A DNA stretch of 62,895 nt, the filler included, from Globobulimina sp. (Eukaryota), in the NCBI GenBank assembly GCA_003354225.1. It is 18 parts of 18 records of this genome, joined end to end, with 100 filler letters (N's around TTAATTAATTAA, not from the genome) between each part and the next. Parts side by side here need not be neighbours in the genome. Positions count along the whole stretch, not along the records: positions 1 to 3,402 come from PIVH01002892.1; positions 3,503 to 6,904 come from PIVH01002893.1; positions 7,005 to 10,406 come from PIVH01002894.1; positions 10,507 to 13,908 come from PIVH01002895.1; 14 more parts are not named here. One strand, written 5' to 3'. Within the stretch, counting starts at the first letter, position 1. Every line of letters starts with the position of its first letter. The notes below the pieces were generated by a model. It worked only from the letters and a program-made list of their open reading frames with translations. It made no database searches and was not told the DNA's origin. The translations under genes were made by a program, and so were the position numbers. Of this stretch, positions 1 through 10,619 are shown in pieces.

Positions 1-200
1 TGTAAATAATTATCATTGTACGTTTAAAATACCAATAATTATTACACTAGTTACTATTAATATTGCTGCCTAATAAGACAAAAACTGCTTAAATGGCAAT
101 GCGCAGACAGCAGACTCGACTGTTCCTCAAAAACGCTTAGATATTAAAGTTTTCTCGAAGTGACCTAGTCATCCTTCAGTTTGAGCATAGCGAAATTAAA

Positions 201-3200
201 CTGGCCTCTTTTGTAGTCTGTGGCATATTTTGCCTGTTTCTAAATCTTTTTGTAATTACATTTGTAGATTCGACGGTGTTTGTCAGTAAAGCTGGATGGG
301 ACGAGCCTAATTGCGGCATTTCAGAGGAAGAGACCTGCGGCACATTGTACTATGCGTCAACAATAATAAATAATGACCCGTCCATGTCTTCAAATGGGAT
401 TTATGTGATTGACGGACAAAACGAAAGCCAAATCAGCATTTATTGGTCGAACAACACGAATATTATTGCAGATCATCCATGTTTGCCACAGCCATTCGAT
501 GAGTTTAACAGCACCGATGTTACAGTGACAATCAGCTTCAATCTGTCTTTAATTACAAATATGTCCGCTTGGTATCCGCAAATATGTAGGAATGGCGAGA
601 TAAAGAATAAGTATATGTTTTCGGCCAATAAAAGCAATTTGATCATAAATAATTTAATAATTGATTTGTATGAATTTAATGATATCAACTTTGGGATTAT
701 TGGCGTTGCCGCGGAGTACAAAACACATGGCGCCGAATCTGAATTGGTTTGCAATAACTGCACATTTCAAAATATTCAAAACAACAACAATGAAATAACA
801 TTAATATATTCCACCAAAAATATCCTATTAAATAACTGTTTGTTTACCAATATTGAGAGCATCAATGCTTTCATTGTGATGGGCTTCCAATCATTGCAAA
901 TGTATGGCGTCATTGTGGAGCATTGCATATTTAATGAATCTTTTATTTTTATCCAAGACACGGGCACTGGATTCGAGTCGGTGTTCAATGACATTACATT
1001 CGAAAATTGCCAGTTCAACAATATCTATTCGCAAATTGCTGTGGTTGAAGACCAGTGGCTTTCGTGTGAGCTAAGCATGTACAATGTGGATTTTTTGAAT
1101 ATTAATCAAGGCGCCATTTATAGGGCGAGATACGAATTTGGTTCAGATATAACTATGGAAAATATAAATATATCCACTCCACAAAGCATAGCGTGCACTT
1201 CTGCAGATTGCCCCATTCACAGTCTGTTCGATTTCAATTTTGCGAGCAGTGTAACTATCGACCATATGAATGTTGATTATTATTATGATGTAAATGCAAA
1301 CTGTTACACCGAGTCAAATGGTGATGGCCATTCCGATGCTTTGGGCGATGTTTCTTATTTAAAAATGGAATGTGCAAATCCAGTGTCTCTCATCATAAAC
1401 CAAATCGGCTCCCAAATGACAATAAATAATACAGATTTACGTATAAATGTTACACAATCTGACACTGAATATGGTTATGGTTATAATTACACTGTTATGT
1501 TTTATTCGGATGTGGCAAACCATGCTGTCGTAGTAAATTATGGTGATTTGAGTATTGCTAATTTGAATATCTATGGTTTACCATTTGGGCGCCGCTTCCT
1601 TTCCAATTACAATGTATTAAACATCGAAGCATTTGGAGTGGTATTAATGGCTGGCTTTGACCCAAATGCGCTTCAAAGCAGAATCATAATCAAACAAACT
1701 GCGTCCTCGGCCACTATGACGGTGCGGCATTCCCATTTTATTGGCGGCCAAACGGCGCAAATCAATATCTATGCGGGATCTGCAGCAATTTACGACTGTG
1801 TGTTTGAAAAAGGCAGTGAGGCGTTGTGGGTGCAGGCGGCTGCAAATATTGTCATGTCTCGCTGCAGTGTTTTGCGAATCGGGCGATATTGGTCGCCCAT
1901 TTATTACGTCCTCGGCGTTGGCGGACGTTCCAACGACTTATTTACTGTCGATTTGAAAATGGTGCAACAAACCGCACTCATTGAAGAGAGCACATTTTCT
2001 GGATTTGAGGACACTGAGTGGGGACTCTTTATTTATGCCGAGTATTGCCATCACGTCGTACTGCGGAACAACGTTTTTGTTGTCAATGCCACAGATTTAT
2101 ATTATACAATTCCGGCAAATAAGATCAGCATAAAAGCGGCAGTCAAAGGCTTACTGTATTTTTATGTCAATTATAAAGTGCTAATTTATGGAAATAATTT
2201 TTATAAAAATGATGTAAATCCAAACATACCGTGGCTTTTTTTGCAATATAATGGGTATTTCAATTATATTGATTGGAAAATGATGACGCCAGCAACGACC
2301 TGTTTGTCTGCCAATAATTTCAGTAATTATGCGTTTGAAGCATTGCAAAACGGCATCACTTCCTGTTTCCGACAAGAATTATATTTATGCGGTAATGCAG
2401 AGACGGATTGTAAAGAGGGAGAATATGGCCAAATCGACGCAGAATTATATGATAAAACTTCGCATTTCAATATTAATGCCGACATTGCATCGTTTTTCAC
2501 CGCAAATAATTATGGCAGCGATTTTGTCCACGCAATGGATAATATTCAAATTAACATTTTGAGTGAGTCTGCAAAGCATAAATTGTATCTGTCATATAGC
2601 AGTATTTTGATTTTAGACTCTATATTTTCAGCAAATGCTGCCTTATTTTATGATAGTAATTGTGATGTTGTTCGAAATGAGCGGTTGCTGTGGGAGGATA
2701 ACACCGAATATATTGCAAAGTTGAAGATAATCTGTGATGTTTACGGAAATGAAACAGAGAATTATCGCAATTTGAACGAGACGAATGTAACTTATGTCAC
2801 TCGTTTGAGTCCCACACAAATCAAATTCGGGTCAACCTCAACAACATATTATCCCGGACAGAAACTCAAATTTGATTATAAGATATTTGATAAATTGGAC
2901 AATGAATATAATGTATTTTTACCTGAAAAAAAGCCTGAAAATTATATAGAACCATTAGAGAAAGTATATGTTAAGATGATTGTTCTTGAGGGAAAACATG
3001 CAGGTGATGAGGTATTTAATGGCGAAATTATTCGCCAGACAGAAAAAAAAGCTGAAATAAAATCGGACTTGATAGTGAGTCCTCTGGATAATTTGAGAAT
3101 GTCACTTTTGAATCACAGTGGGGGTGAGATTACTTCCGATCTTTATGGAAAAGTTATTAAGGTTATGGATACCTCTCAATTTATAGTGAATTTGGAGAAC

Positions 3201-3402
3201 TCGCAACTGAGTTTATACGAAAATATTGAAATCGAAGAGAATGGAACTTGCCATATTTGTGATTCTGGAGTGATTATACTCGGAGTGGCTTTGAATGACG
3301 TTTTAATTTCAAATGATAGCAATTCCCTCTTTATACAAACCTCGATTGTCACTGAAAACTTAGCATTGATGAACAATATGATTGGTTTGGATGTTACGAG
3401 CT
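201..3402 (+). CDS. Large secreted/surface protein with right-handed beta-helix (pectin lyase/PMP-like) repeats, 3'-truncated
   Basis: ORF of more than 1000 aa with repeated 'xNCxFxN' motifs and an N-terminal 'GWDEPNCG...CGTLYYA' motif. The frame stays open upstream of 276 to a signal-peptide-like stretch starting at CTG 201 (LASFVVCGIFCLFLNLFVITFVDS). Runs into the contig end. Confidence 0.7.
2901..3190 (+). other. In-frame segment resembling the C-terminal accessory domain of bacterial class III adenylate/guanylate cyclases
   Basis: 'YNVFLPEKK...LEGKHAGDEVFNGEI...AEIKS...PLDNLRMSL...DLYGKV...FIV' resembles, from memory, the tail of cyanobacterial/deltaproteobacterial cyclases. Boundaries are approximate. 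Confidence 0.6.
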
Positions 3403-3502
3403 NNNNNNNNNNNNNNNNNNNNNNNNNNNNNNNNNNNNNNNNNNNNTTAATTAATTAANNNNNNNNNNNNNNNNNNNNNNNNNNNNNNNNNNNNNNNNNN
3501 NN
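3403..3502. other. Artificial contig spacer N44-TTAATTAATTAA-N44 (first of 17)
   Basis: Identical 100-bp spacer with stops in all six frames at 3403, 6905, 10407, 13909, 17410, 20911, 24412, 27913, 31413, 34913, 38412, 41911, 45410, 48908, 52406, 55903 and 59400. Intervening contig lengths fall monotonically from 3402 to 3396 bp. Confidence 0.99.
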
Positions 3503-4112
3503 CTTATTATGTCAAAAAATTAGATATTAATAGACATGTTTTTAACTTATGTCCATTATAATAACGCCAGATTCCGGAACTGTTTTCCTTTGGTTTCTGG
3601 TTTTCTCCGCCATAATATAGTTATACCTATGTAGTGAGAAAAAATTATCTAAAGACGGGATCAAGAAAAAAATTGAACCACGTCTATAAGAGATATTTAT
3701 GTGACATATTTTGATTTTTTTAATTCATTCGGACCATTCAAACATACTTTAAAGGTCTTCTCCAATACTATGAAATATATTCAGTTCAAAATCATAATCG
3801 CGTCCATTCTGCATCGATTGATACCAATTCCATGCCTTTAAACCCAATAACGACGGAATTAGTACTTGATTTGCAAGTTGTTGAGATTGGGCACTTCAAA
3901 ACATCAAAATGCAAACTCATTTTACATGGCAGCATGGACTGACACGGAATTACGGAATTCATTTTAAATTGGATATCATTTAATATGGCAATCAGTTTGT
4001 ATTAAAGCGAATCGAATGGAAAGTCATTATTACTGAATAGATAAACATTATAATTAATAAAACATTAATACTTTATACAATATTATTAATATTTACATTA
4101 ATACATTAATAC

Positions 4113-4490
4113 TTATGAATTTAACAATGTTCTGTTATTTAAATATGAACCAACATAAAGTAGTTGCTTTTCAACACCAAAACGCAAATATTTGGACCAT
4201 ATTTTACGAATCCATGGATGTTGTGCCTCAATGCGTTGATCTCCAACAGTTGCTGGTGATCTTTTGTGTGAACAGGTCCATGAATATAAATGTTGTAACT
4301 GATGATATTTAATCCCTGGTGTTATTCCACATATTTTTACATATTTTGGGAAAGATTGATAAAATAAATCAGATGCAATCTTCAATTTTGATAATTCTGC
4401 ATCTGTATATTTTCTGTCTTCATGTGTTTCACAATAAAAAAAACATAATATTTCCATATTGATCATTAAAACCTCAAATAATTTGGCAAA
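4113..4490 (-). mobile_element. DDE transposase C-terminal fragment (Chapaev/Transib/RAG1-like)
   Basis: 'ITPGIKYHQLQHL...SPATVGDQRIEAQHPWIRK' fits the TPxxHxxxH...G..E/DQxxExxH pattern (zinc-binding His pair plus catalytic Glu) of CMC/Transib transposases. Confidence 0.6.
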
Positions 4491-5519
4491 TTCTTGATAT
4501 CCATATTGATGAAATCCTTCCCATTTATCATCTGCAGTTTTTTCATTCATTTTATTGAAAACGTTTGGACAAACAACGTTAATCAGTTTCTGTATTTCAG
4601 CCGGATATTCAACCAAAACCCATCCTCGTTTGGATAAACACCCATTTAATACATCCAATTCATCGTCATTCCCCTGCAACAATTTACTAATATCAACTTT
4701 TGATTGTATTGAATGTTTTACCTGTTTGTCATCTTGTTTTTGATCACTTTTTCCGGTTTCAAATAACTTATAATTAATTTCATATAATTTCGTTTGTTCT
4801 TTTTCTTCAATTTCCCGTTCAATATAACCAATATATCCCTCATAAAGATGATGCCAAACAACCTGAGCATCAGGACGTATCTCCCAGAATTTGGTCACAT
4901 TGACATCGGTATTTTTATATAATCCAAATTTTTTAAATCGTTTTTGTTCATCATTTTGAATGCATTGCATAATATCAGCAATGCTGGATTGAACAGTTAA
5001 ATTTGGTACTAATAATTTATCCTTTTCGTCTTCATCTTTTTCATCATCGATACCTTTGCTTTTATTGCAAAGTGTAATTGAAAATATTTTATTTTCTTCT
5101 TTTGTGGCCCAGTATGGCAGTCCAGTGCGAGTACCGCTATTCGATTCATTTTGATTTTTCTGGTGCTTTTTAATTTTTTTTGATGATATTTGATCCATAT
5201 ATTGTTCATGGAACTTTTTCCAAATTAATACTTCGCCATCAACAATACCTATATCTTTCAACAGAACTTCATCAGGAAACGAATACTCATCTTCTGGAAC
5301 ACCTAATTTTTTTGCGATTCGATCATTCGTTAACATCATTTTGGAGAAAGCAACTCCTGCGATCATTTCTAACTGACTTTTTACGTCGTAAATTGTCGAT
5401 AAATTGTTTAATCCGTCGATATGATATATTTTTCCAAATTGAGCCTTTAAATAAATTGAATATGTTGGACCTGGATCCTTTTTCTTTTTTTTTTTGGAAC
5501 CAAATAATTTTGAAAACAT
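4113..5519 (-). CDS. Chimeric ORF: ubiquitin-like domain(s) + start of a 2OG-Fe(II) oxygenase-like (DIOX_N) region + transposase C-terminal fragment
   Basis: Probable ATG at 5519 (MFSKLFGSKKK). UBL-like 'IYLKAQFGKIYHIDGL...TIYDVKSQLE...LKDIGIVDGEVL'; DIOX_N-like 'CLSKRGWVLVEYP'; abrupt change after 'GYQEFAK'. Confidence 0.55.
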   Translation of the reverse strand: MFSKLFGSKKKKKKDPGPTYSIYLKAQFGKIYHIDGLNNLSTIYDVKSQLEMIAGVAFSKMMLTNDRIAKKLGVPEDEYSFPDEVLLKDIGIVDGEVLIWKKFHEQYMDQISSKKIKKHQKNQNESNSGTRTGLPYWATKEENKIFSITLCNKSKGIDDEKDEDEKDKLLVPNLTVQSSIADIMQCIQNDEQKRFKKFGLYKNTDVNVTKFWEIRPDAQVVWHHLYEGYIGYIEREIEEKEQTKLYEINYKLFETGKSDQKQDDKQVKHSIQSKVDISKLLQGNDDELDVLNGCLSKRGWVLVEYPAEIQKLINVVCPNVFNKMNEKTADDKWEGFHQYGYQEFAKLFEVLMINMEILCFFYCETHEDRKYTDAELSKLKIASDLFYQSFPKYVKICGITPGIKYHQLQHLYSWTCSHKRSPATVGDQRIEAQHPWIRKIWSKYLRFGVEKQLLYVGSYLNNRTLLNS

Positions 5520-5593
5520 GTTTGCTGTACGTTGGATTAAGAATGGATTATGCGAAGATTGCAAAAGTTTTTGGTGATTCTTCAGTGTAAAGA

Positions 5594-6812
5594 ATGTGCA
5601 AATGTGATTACGAGTATGGAGGCGACTTTATCCCTCCATATGGCACTAGGAAAAATCCATACAAATTATGGTCGTTGTCAATTTATTTCAATACAGTTTA
5701 TGTCGCAAATTACCTTTACATAATCTTCATTCTTATTGTTAACGAATTTTGGGAAGATTTGCTTGGTACCAATGTACTAAATACGTGCTATAAAGATACA
5801 GTTAAATATTGGTTGTTATTACATTTCATTAAACCAATAGCTACTATGATAATCGTCAAATATTGTGGACCACAGATGTTCAAAAGTTTAAAAGTTAGTT
5901 AACTTAAAATTATATATTCTTTTGTGTTTTTGTTATGTATTATTATAAAAATAACAGCTTTGTTTAATATCCCTTTTCATGTTAATCTTTGATATCACGT
6001 TTGGTGCATTGGCTATTTATTATTGTTGGTTGGATTTATTTAATATTTATTACCAAGGCAATAAAAATTGCAATCTTCCATCACCTGTTGCAGTCGAACA
6101 ATATCAATATGATTACAATCAATCATCATTAATATTTATATTATTGTCATTTTTTGCTATACATTTTGTATTTATTTGGTTAGAATTATTTCGTTTTGTT
6201 GCAATAGCCACATTTCAACATAGTAGACGAAAATTAAAAAAGAACAAAGTTAAACACAGAGCAAATCAACAAAAACCTAAAAACATTGAAAACATTGATG
6301 ATAAAGTACAACATATACAACATATGCAGCATAATTTTAATATCGATTACCAATCAGTTGAGATGGAGGATTTGAGCAAATCTATCGATGATATCGTTGA
6401 TGATAATAAATTAATGGATATAGAGCTGTCCATATCTCGTTCTGTAGAGATTTCTAATGAAGGAATTAACGAATTGATTCAAGAATTGTATGTTTATGGA
6501 GTCGATCGCGAAGAAAATAATAAAAATCGAGATAAATCGGATAATTATAATAATGAGCTCGAGGATAGTAACGATTCAAAATCAAGCAAATTATCACATT
6601 TATGGAAAGCCACAACGATGGTTGTTACCACTGGGTTTATTTTAGAGTTGGCAGCAGACGATTTTTGTTGTGTATGTTGGGAGGAATTTGAAATTGGACA
6701 TAATGTCGCTAAACTTATTTGTGATCATATACTACATAAAAAATGTGCTGTGGAATGGTTTGAAGAATCGTCGACATGCCCTACATGTCGTATATCATTA
6801 GCAAAATATTAA
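5594..6812 (+). CDS. Transmembrane RING-H2 E3 ubiquitin ligase (2 exons; intron 5894-5957)
   Basis: A GT..AG intron joins ORFs 5594 and 5979 in frame. Several TM helices and a C-terminal C3H2C3 motif CCVCWEEF...CDHILHKKCAVEWF...CPTCR. Confidence 0.85.
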
Positions 6813-7004
6813 TGCTCGCCTTTGTGTTTTATGATGTTTCTGCATTCGTATTAATTTTATTCTAATTTATTTTAGCTTGTTCAATAAATTTTTGCTTCAC
6901 AACANNNNNNNNNNNNNNNNNNNNNNNNNNNNNNNNNNNNNNNNNNNNTTAATTAATTAANNNNNNNNNNNNNNNNNNNNNNNNNNNNNNNNNNNNNNNN
7001 NNNN

Positions 7005-7121
7005 ATAACCCATGTATTGCAAGTACATAATATTAAATCAGAGGACATAATCTATTCACAACCAAGAAAAGATAAATATGTCTCGATTATTGATAGCAAC
7101 ACATTTTATAGGGATATGCAA
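7005..7121 (+). repeat. 117-bp exact direct repeat (second copy 9645-9761)
   Basis: Identical by base-by-base comparison; offset 2640 bp, a multiple of 3. Confidence 0.95.
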
Positions 7122-10100
7122 TACGGCGATTTGAATATTGATAAGAAAAATAATAATATCAATTATCGCCTCATTAATTCCCTAAGTAATCAGTTTAATT
7201 TGACAAGTTTGAATAATAAGAAAATTGCCACGTATCACAAAAGAGAATATAAGAATAAAAATGGATTTTATCTTGGTAGGAATGCACCGGATGATGCATT
7301 TGTGTGTGATAGAAATGAAAAATTAATTATATCCAATTGGTGGGTTGGATATGGATTTATTAATTCTGACCATTATTATATGGTAACTGACCATTTATTT
7401 TACATTGAAAATAATAATAATTTAAAAAATGTAAAACAAAACTTAAAGTTAAATAAATCAAATTGGAAATGTAAATTTGTAAAAAGCGACGAAGAAATTG
7501 CACAGATTTTGAATGAAATTACGGATAAATATCAAGTTTCGATGGATTTAATTGATATTTACCATAAATCAAAGAATATTGATACGATGAATAATACATA
7601 TAATTATATTATTGTTGATGCATTATTATATTACGGATGCATTAAAATATATTATATACAAAATAATCGTCAAATAAACACTAACACGGATTTACAGCAT
7701 AAGCAGTGTTTATTAATAGAAAAAATCCAATCATTTGATCCCAATGTTGATGACATGGATGAATTAAACAATGAATGCAAACAAATCAATTATGAGATTG
7801 AACAATTAATGGAATTACAAAAACAAAATGAGATTAACAAACAAATACAATTACTCAATGAATCTGTGTATAATAACGATCATAAATTCTGGCAAATGAT
7901 TAAGCAAAGAGCCAAAGATGACGGCGGCGTCAAAATTGACTCTCAAATTTATTACAACACTGCGATAAAAGCTGAGCAAATATTAGGACAAATTGACAAT
8001 CTGTACAGCAAAAATCATATATTAAATGATGAAGATCAGAGATTTTACATTGAAGCAGATAAAAGAATTAGTTTTGAGTATAAGCAATTATTTGATGACG
8101 ATGAGAATATTTTTGATATTGATGAGATATGTGATTTTGTAGTTAGATATAAAAAGAAAAAAAAGCATAATAAGTCGAGTGGCAATGATATAATCAATTG
8201 GAAAATATCAAAAATGTTAACTGACAATTGTGATATCGTCAGATTATTCTTTATATTAAATCATGGTCAGATACCCGAAAAAATTAAATTATCCAAATTG
8301 GTAACATTGAAAAAAAAGAAATACGATTATCGCTGTATCCGTGCCGTAGGCAAAGAGCGTGGAATGGTCGAAGCATTTATATGCGAAATAATTAATAGAG
8401 ATAAAAATATAACGCCTGTACAGCATTGCGAGAAAGGGACAATATCGCAAATATTATCTATTATATTAGCAACAGAGATCAATGTAAATTTATTAAAACC
8501 AGTCGCCATCGCTTTAATGGATGTTGACAAAGCGTACGACAATGCAGACCCAAAAGTGATTAGATATCAAACGCATTTTGAACAAAATATAGATCCCCGA
8601 ATATATAAAATCAAAAAAGATATTGAGGACAATAATCAGTTATTAATATATGTCAATAAGATCCCTGTCGGACAGACAAAAATGCACTGCGGTCTCAGTC
8701 AAGGCGGTATTAATTCAACGCCCGATTATTCTATACATAGTAACCAGATTATGCGTAATGGCGAGCATGATTTGAAAGGGGTTATAATCCCATTAAAACA
8801 CAATGAAAATGTCGTTAATAACCAAACATATAATGTACACCAATTAGGTATTGATATTATAACAATAATTTTTGGATTTATTTACGTCGACGATGCATTT
8901 TTTATGGCAAATTCAATATTAAGTTTAAATTATAATATTAATTATATAGCGAATAGATTAAAATTAATTGGATCAAGAATAAAAATCAGCAAATCCAAGG
9001 TACATATTATGAATTGGATGTATTTGGAGCAAAATGAGTATAATCAATATATAAAAAATGAGGCTAAAGTAACTATATACAATGAACAGTTACAAGTTTT
9101 ACCGCCGGGCACTCATTTCGAATATTTAGGAGTTAAAATTGAATTCAATGAACAAAGTAAAACATTTTTATGGAATAAACACGCAAATAAATTAATTTCC
9201 TCATCATATTCCGCCATAATATCTATTCCTCCAAAAATAACAAAAATAATCAATTTTCAAACAAAAATAATGATTATAAAATCAAGAATAAATATTTATG
9301 GTATATCGTTATTTAAAATGACTCAAAATATGATAAATCAATTCGAAAAATGTGTAACGTATGCAATTAGAAAATTAATTGGGTTATATTCAACTACAAA
9401 GGGATCGATTAAACACATTTTATGCGGCTTGAATAGATTTGTTAATATTAACCATAAAGCAATAATTAAATTGTATCGTAAAATAATTAATGGTGGTGAC
9501 AATTTATTGCATAATATGATAATTACACAACAAAGATTATTAAAAAACAAATTGTATAATACCCGACATCAAAGAGGATTGATTCAAAGAAGAACAATCA
9601 ATAAATTTGTTGTTAAACATAAACAAAATCAATATCACGACCAAATAACCCATGTATTGCAAGTACATAATATTAAATCAGAGGACATAATCTATTCACA
9701 ACCAAGAAAAGATAAATATGTCTCGATTATTGATAGCAACACATTTTATAGGGATATGCAAAGAGTTAAAGAAGAAACAAACAATTTAATATTTTATACA
9801 TTCGATATTAAAGACAATTGGCACAAAATCAAGCCGTACTCGACAAAATATATTAAAATATTGGACAAATTTGGATTAATATTTAGAATCATACAAACAA
9901 AAATGATACAGATTATCCGAATGATATCTGGTAATCATAAAATTAATTGGAATGAAAATCATAGAATCAATTGTATATTATGTAATATTCAATTGCAAAA
10001 TCATTGGAATAATCATGTATTAAATCATGAATGTAATATGATACAAATTGAAAGTCAGATTAATTTTATTGAGTATATTGATATTACAAATTACGAAAAG

Positions 10101-10172
10101 CAATGTATGTATCGGTTAAATAAAATTAATAATATTATTAATACATTAAATGAAAATAATATATTTATATAA
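7005..10172 (+). CDS. LINE ORF2: AP endonuclease (partial) - reverse transcriptase - CCHC zinc knuckle
   Basis: APE 'YGDLN' and 'SDH'; RT 'LMDVDKAYD', 'GLSQGG', 'YVDD', 'FEYLGV'; C-terminal 'CILC...H...EC'. No internal stops over more than 1050 codons. Confidence 0.9.
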   Translation: MTHVLQVHNIKSEDIIYSQPRKDKYVSIIDSNTFYRDMQYGDLNIDKKNNNINYRLINSLSNQFNLTSLNNKKIATYHKREYKNKNGFYLGRNAPDDAFVCDRNEKLIISNWWVGYGFINSDHYYMVTDHLFYIENNNNLKNVKQNLKLNKSNWKCKFVKSDEEIAQILNEITDKYQVSMDLIDIYHKSKNIDTMNNTYNYIIVDALLYYGCIKIYYIQNNRQINTNTDLQHKQCLLIEKIQSFDPNVDDMDELNNECKQINYEIEQLMELQKQNEINKQIQLLNESVYNNDHKFWQMIKQRAKDDGGVKIDSQIYYNTAIKAEQILGQIDNLYSKNHILNDEDQRFYIEADKRISFEYKQLFDDDENIFDIDEICDFVVRYKKKKKHNKSSGNDIINWKISKMLTDNCDIVRLFFILNHGQIPEKIKLSKLVTLKKKKYDYRCIRAVGKERGMVEAFICEIINRDKNITPVQHCEKGTISQILSIILATEINVNLLKPVAIALMDVDKAYDNADPKVIRYQTHFEQNIDPRIYKIKKDIEDNNQLLIYVNKIPVGQTKMHCGLSQGGINSTPDYSIHSNQIMRNGEHDLKGVIIPLKHNENVVNNQTYNVHQLGIDIITIIFGFIYVDDAFFMANSILSLNYNINYIANRLKLIGSRIKISKSKVHIMNWMYLEQNEYNQYIKNEAKVTIYNEQLQVLPPGTHFEYLGVKIEFNEQSKTFLWNKHANKLISSSYSAIISIPPKITKIINFQTKIMIIKSRINIYGISLFKMTQNMINQFEKCVTYAIRKLIGLYSTTKGSIKHILCGLNRFVNINHKAIIKLYRKIINGGDNLLHNMIITQQRLLKNKLYNTRHQRGLIQRRTINKFVVKHKQNQYHDQITHVLQVHNIKSEDIIYSQPRKDKYVSIIDSNTFYRDMQRVKEETNNLIFYTFDIKDNWHKIKPYSTKYIKILDKFGLIFRIIQTKMIQIIRMISGNHKINWNENHRINCILCNIQLQNHWNNHVLNHECNMIQIESQINFIEYIDITNYEKQCMYRLNKINNIINTLNENNIFI

Positions 10173-10506
10173 ATTGATGCAAATAAAGTGATATTATGTC
10201 TGTGTGTTGTTAAATTTCTGTGTGTTGAATGTTTTTATGCCATGTTTTGTGTCTTTGTGGAGTTTACAACTTTGTGATAAAGTGATTCTGTGTGCTTTGT
10301 GTTGAAACATATTTACGTTTTTATTTTTGTTTGATTTTATTGTTATTTAAACCACGCTAGTCTTATTTTTAAGACTATGTTAAATTCATTCTAATTCTAA
10401 TTCTAANNNNNNNNNNNNNNNNNNNNNNNNNNNNNNNNNNNNNNNNNNNNTTAATTAATTAANNNNNNNNNNNNNNNNNNNNNNNNNNNNNNNNNNNNNN
10501 NNNNNN

Positions 10507-10570
10507 TACTGTACTGTACTGTACTGTACTGTACTGTACTGTACTGTACTGTACTGTACTGTACTGTACT
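10507..10570 (+). repeat. (TACTG)n microsatellite, about 13 units
   Basis: Perfect pentamer run at the contig start. Confidence 0.98.
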
Positions 10571-10619
10571 TGTGAGTGTACTGTGGTATCCATAAATTGA
10601 CAATAAATCGACCATATGT

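Larger units (their letters stand above)
7005..10406 (+). mobile_element. Non-LTR retrotransposon (APE-endonuclease LINE), 5'-truncated/rearranged, with 3' UTR and tandem-repeat tail
   Basis: ORF carries APE motifs, RT motifs and a zinc knuckle. It is followed by a GT-rich 3' UTR, hairpin TAGTCTTA-TTTT-TAAGACTA (10358-10377) and (ATTCTA)n at the contig end. Confidence 0.85.

Noticed and set aside
3403-3502. TTAATTAATTAA as a biological repeat, and ORFs ending in XXXX-LIN
   Set aside because: Artificial spacer; ORF-track ends within it are artefacts.
7005-10172. Diversity-generating retroelement or retron (RT plus a repeat pair)
   Set aside because: The two 117-bp copies are identical with no adenine-specific mismatches, and the RT is embedded in an APE-RT-zinc-knuckle LINE ORF.
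10388-10570. Telomeric repeats ((ATTCTA)n and (TACTG)n at contig ends)
   Set aside because: Neither is a G-rich telomere-type unit. The first is a LINE tail and the second a microsatellite where the assembly broke; they lie on different contigs.
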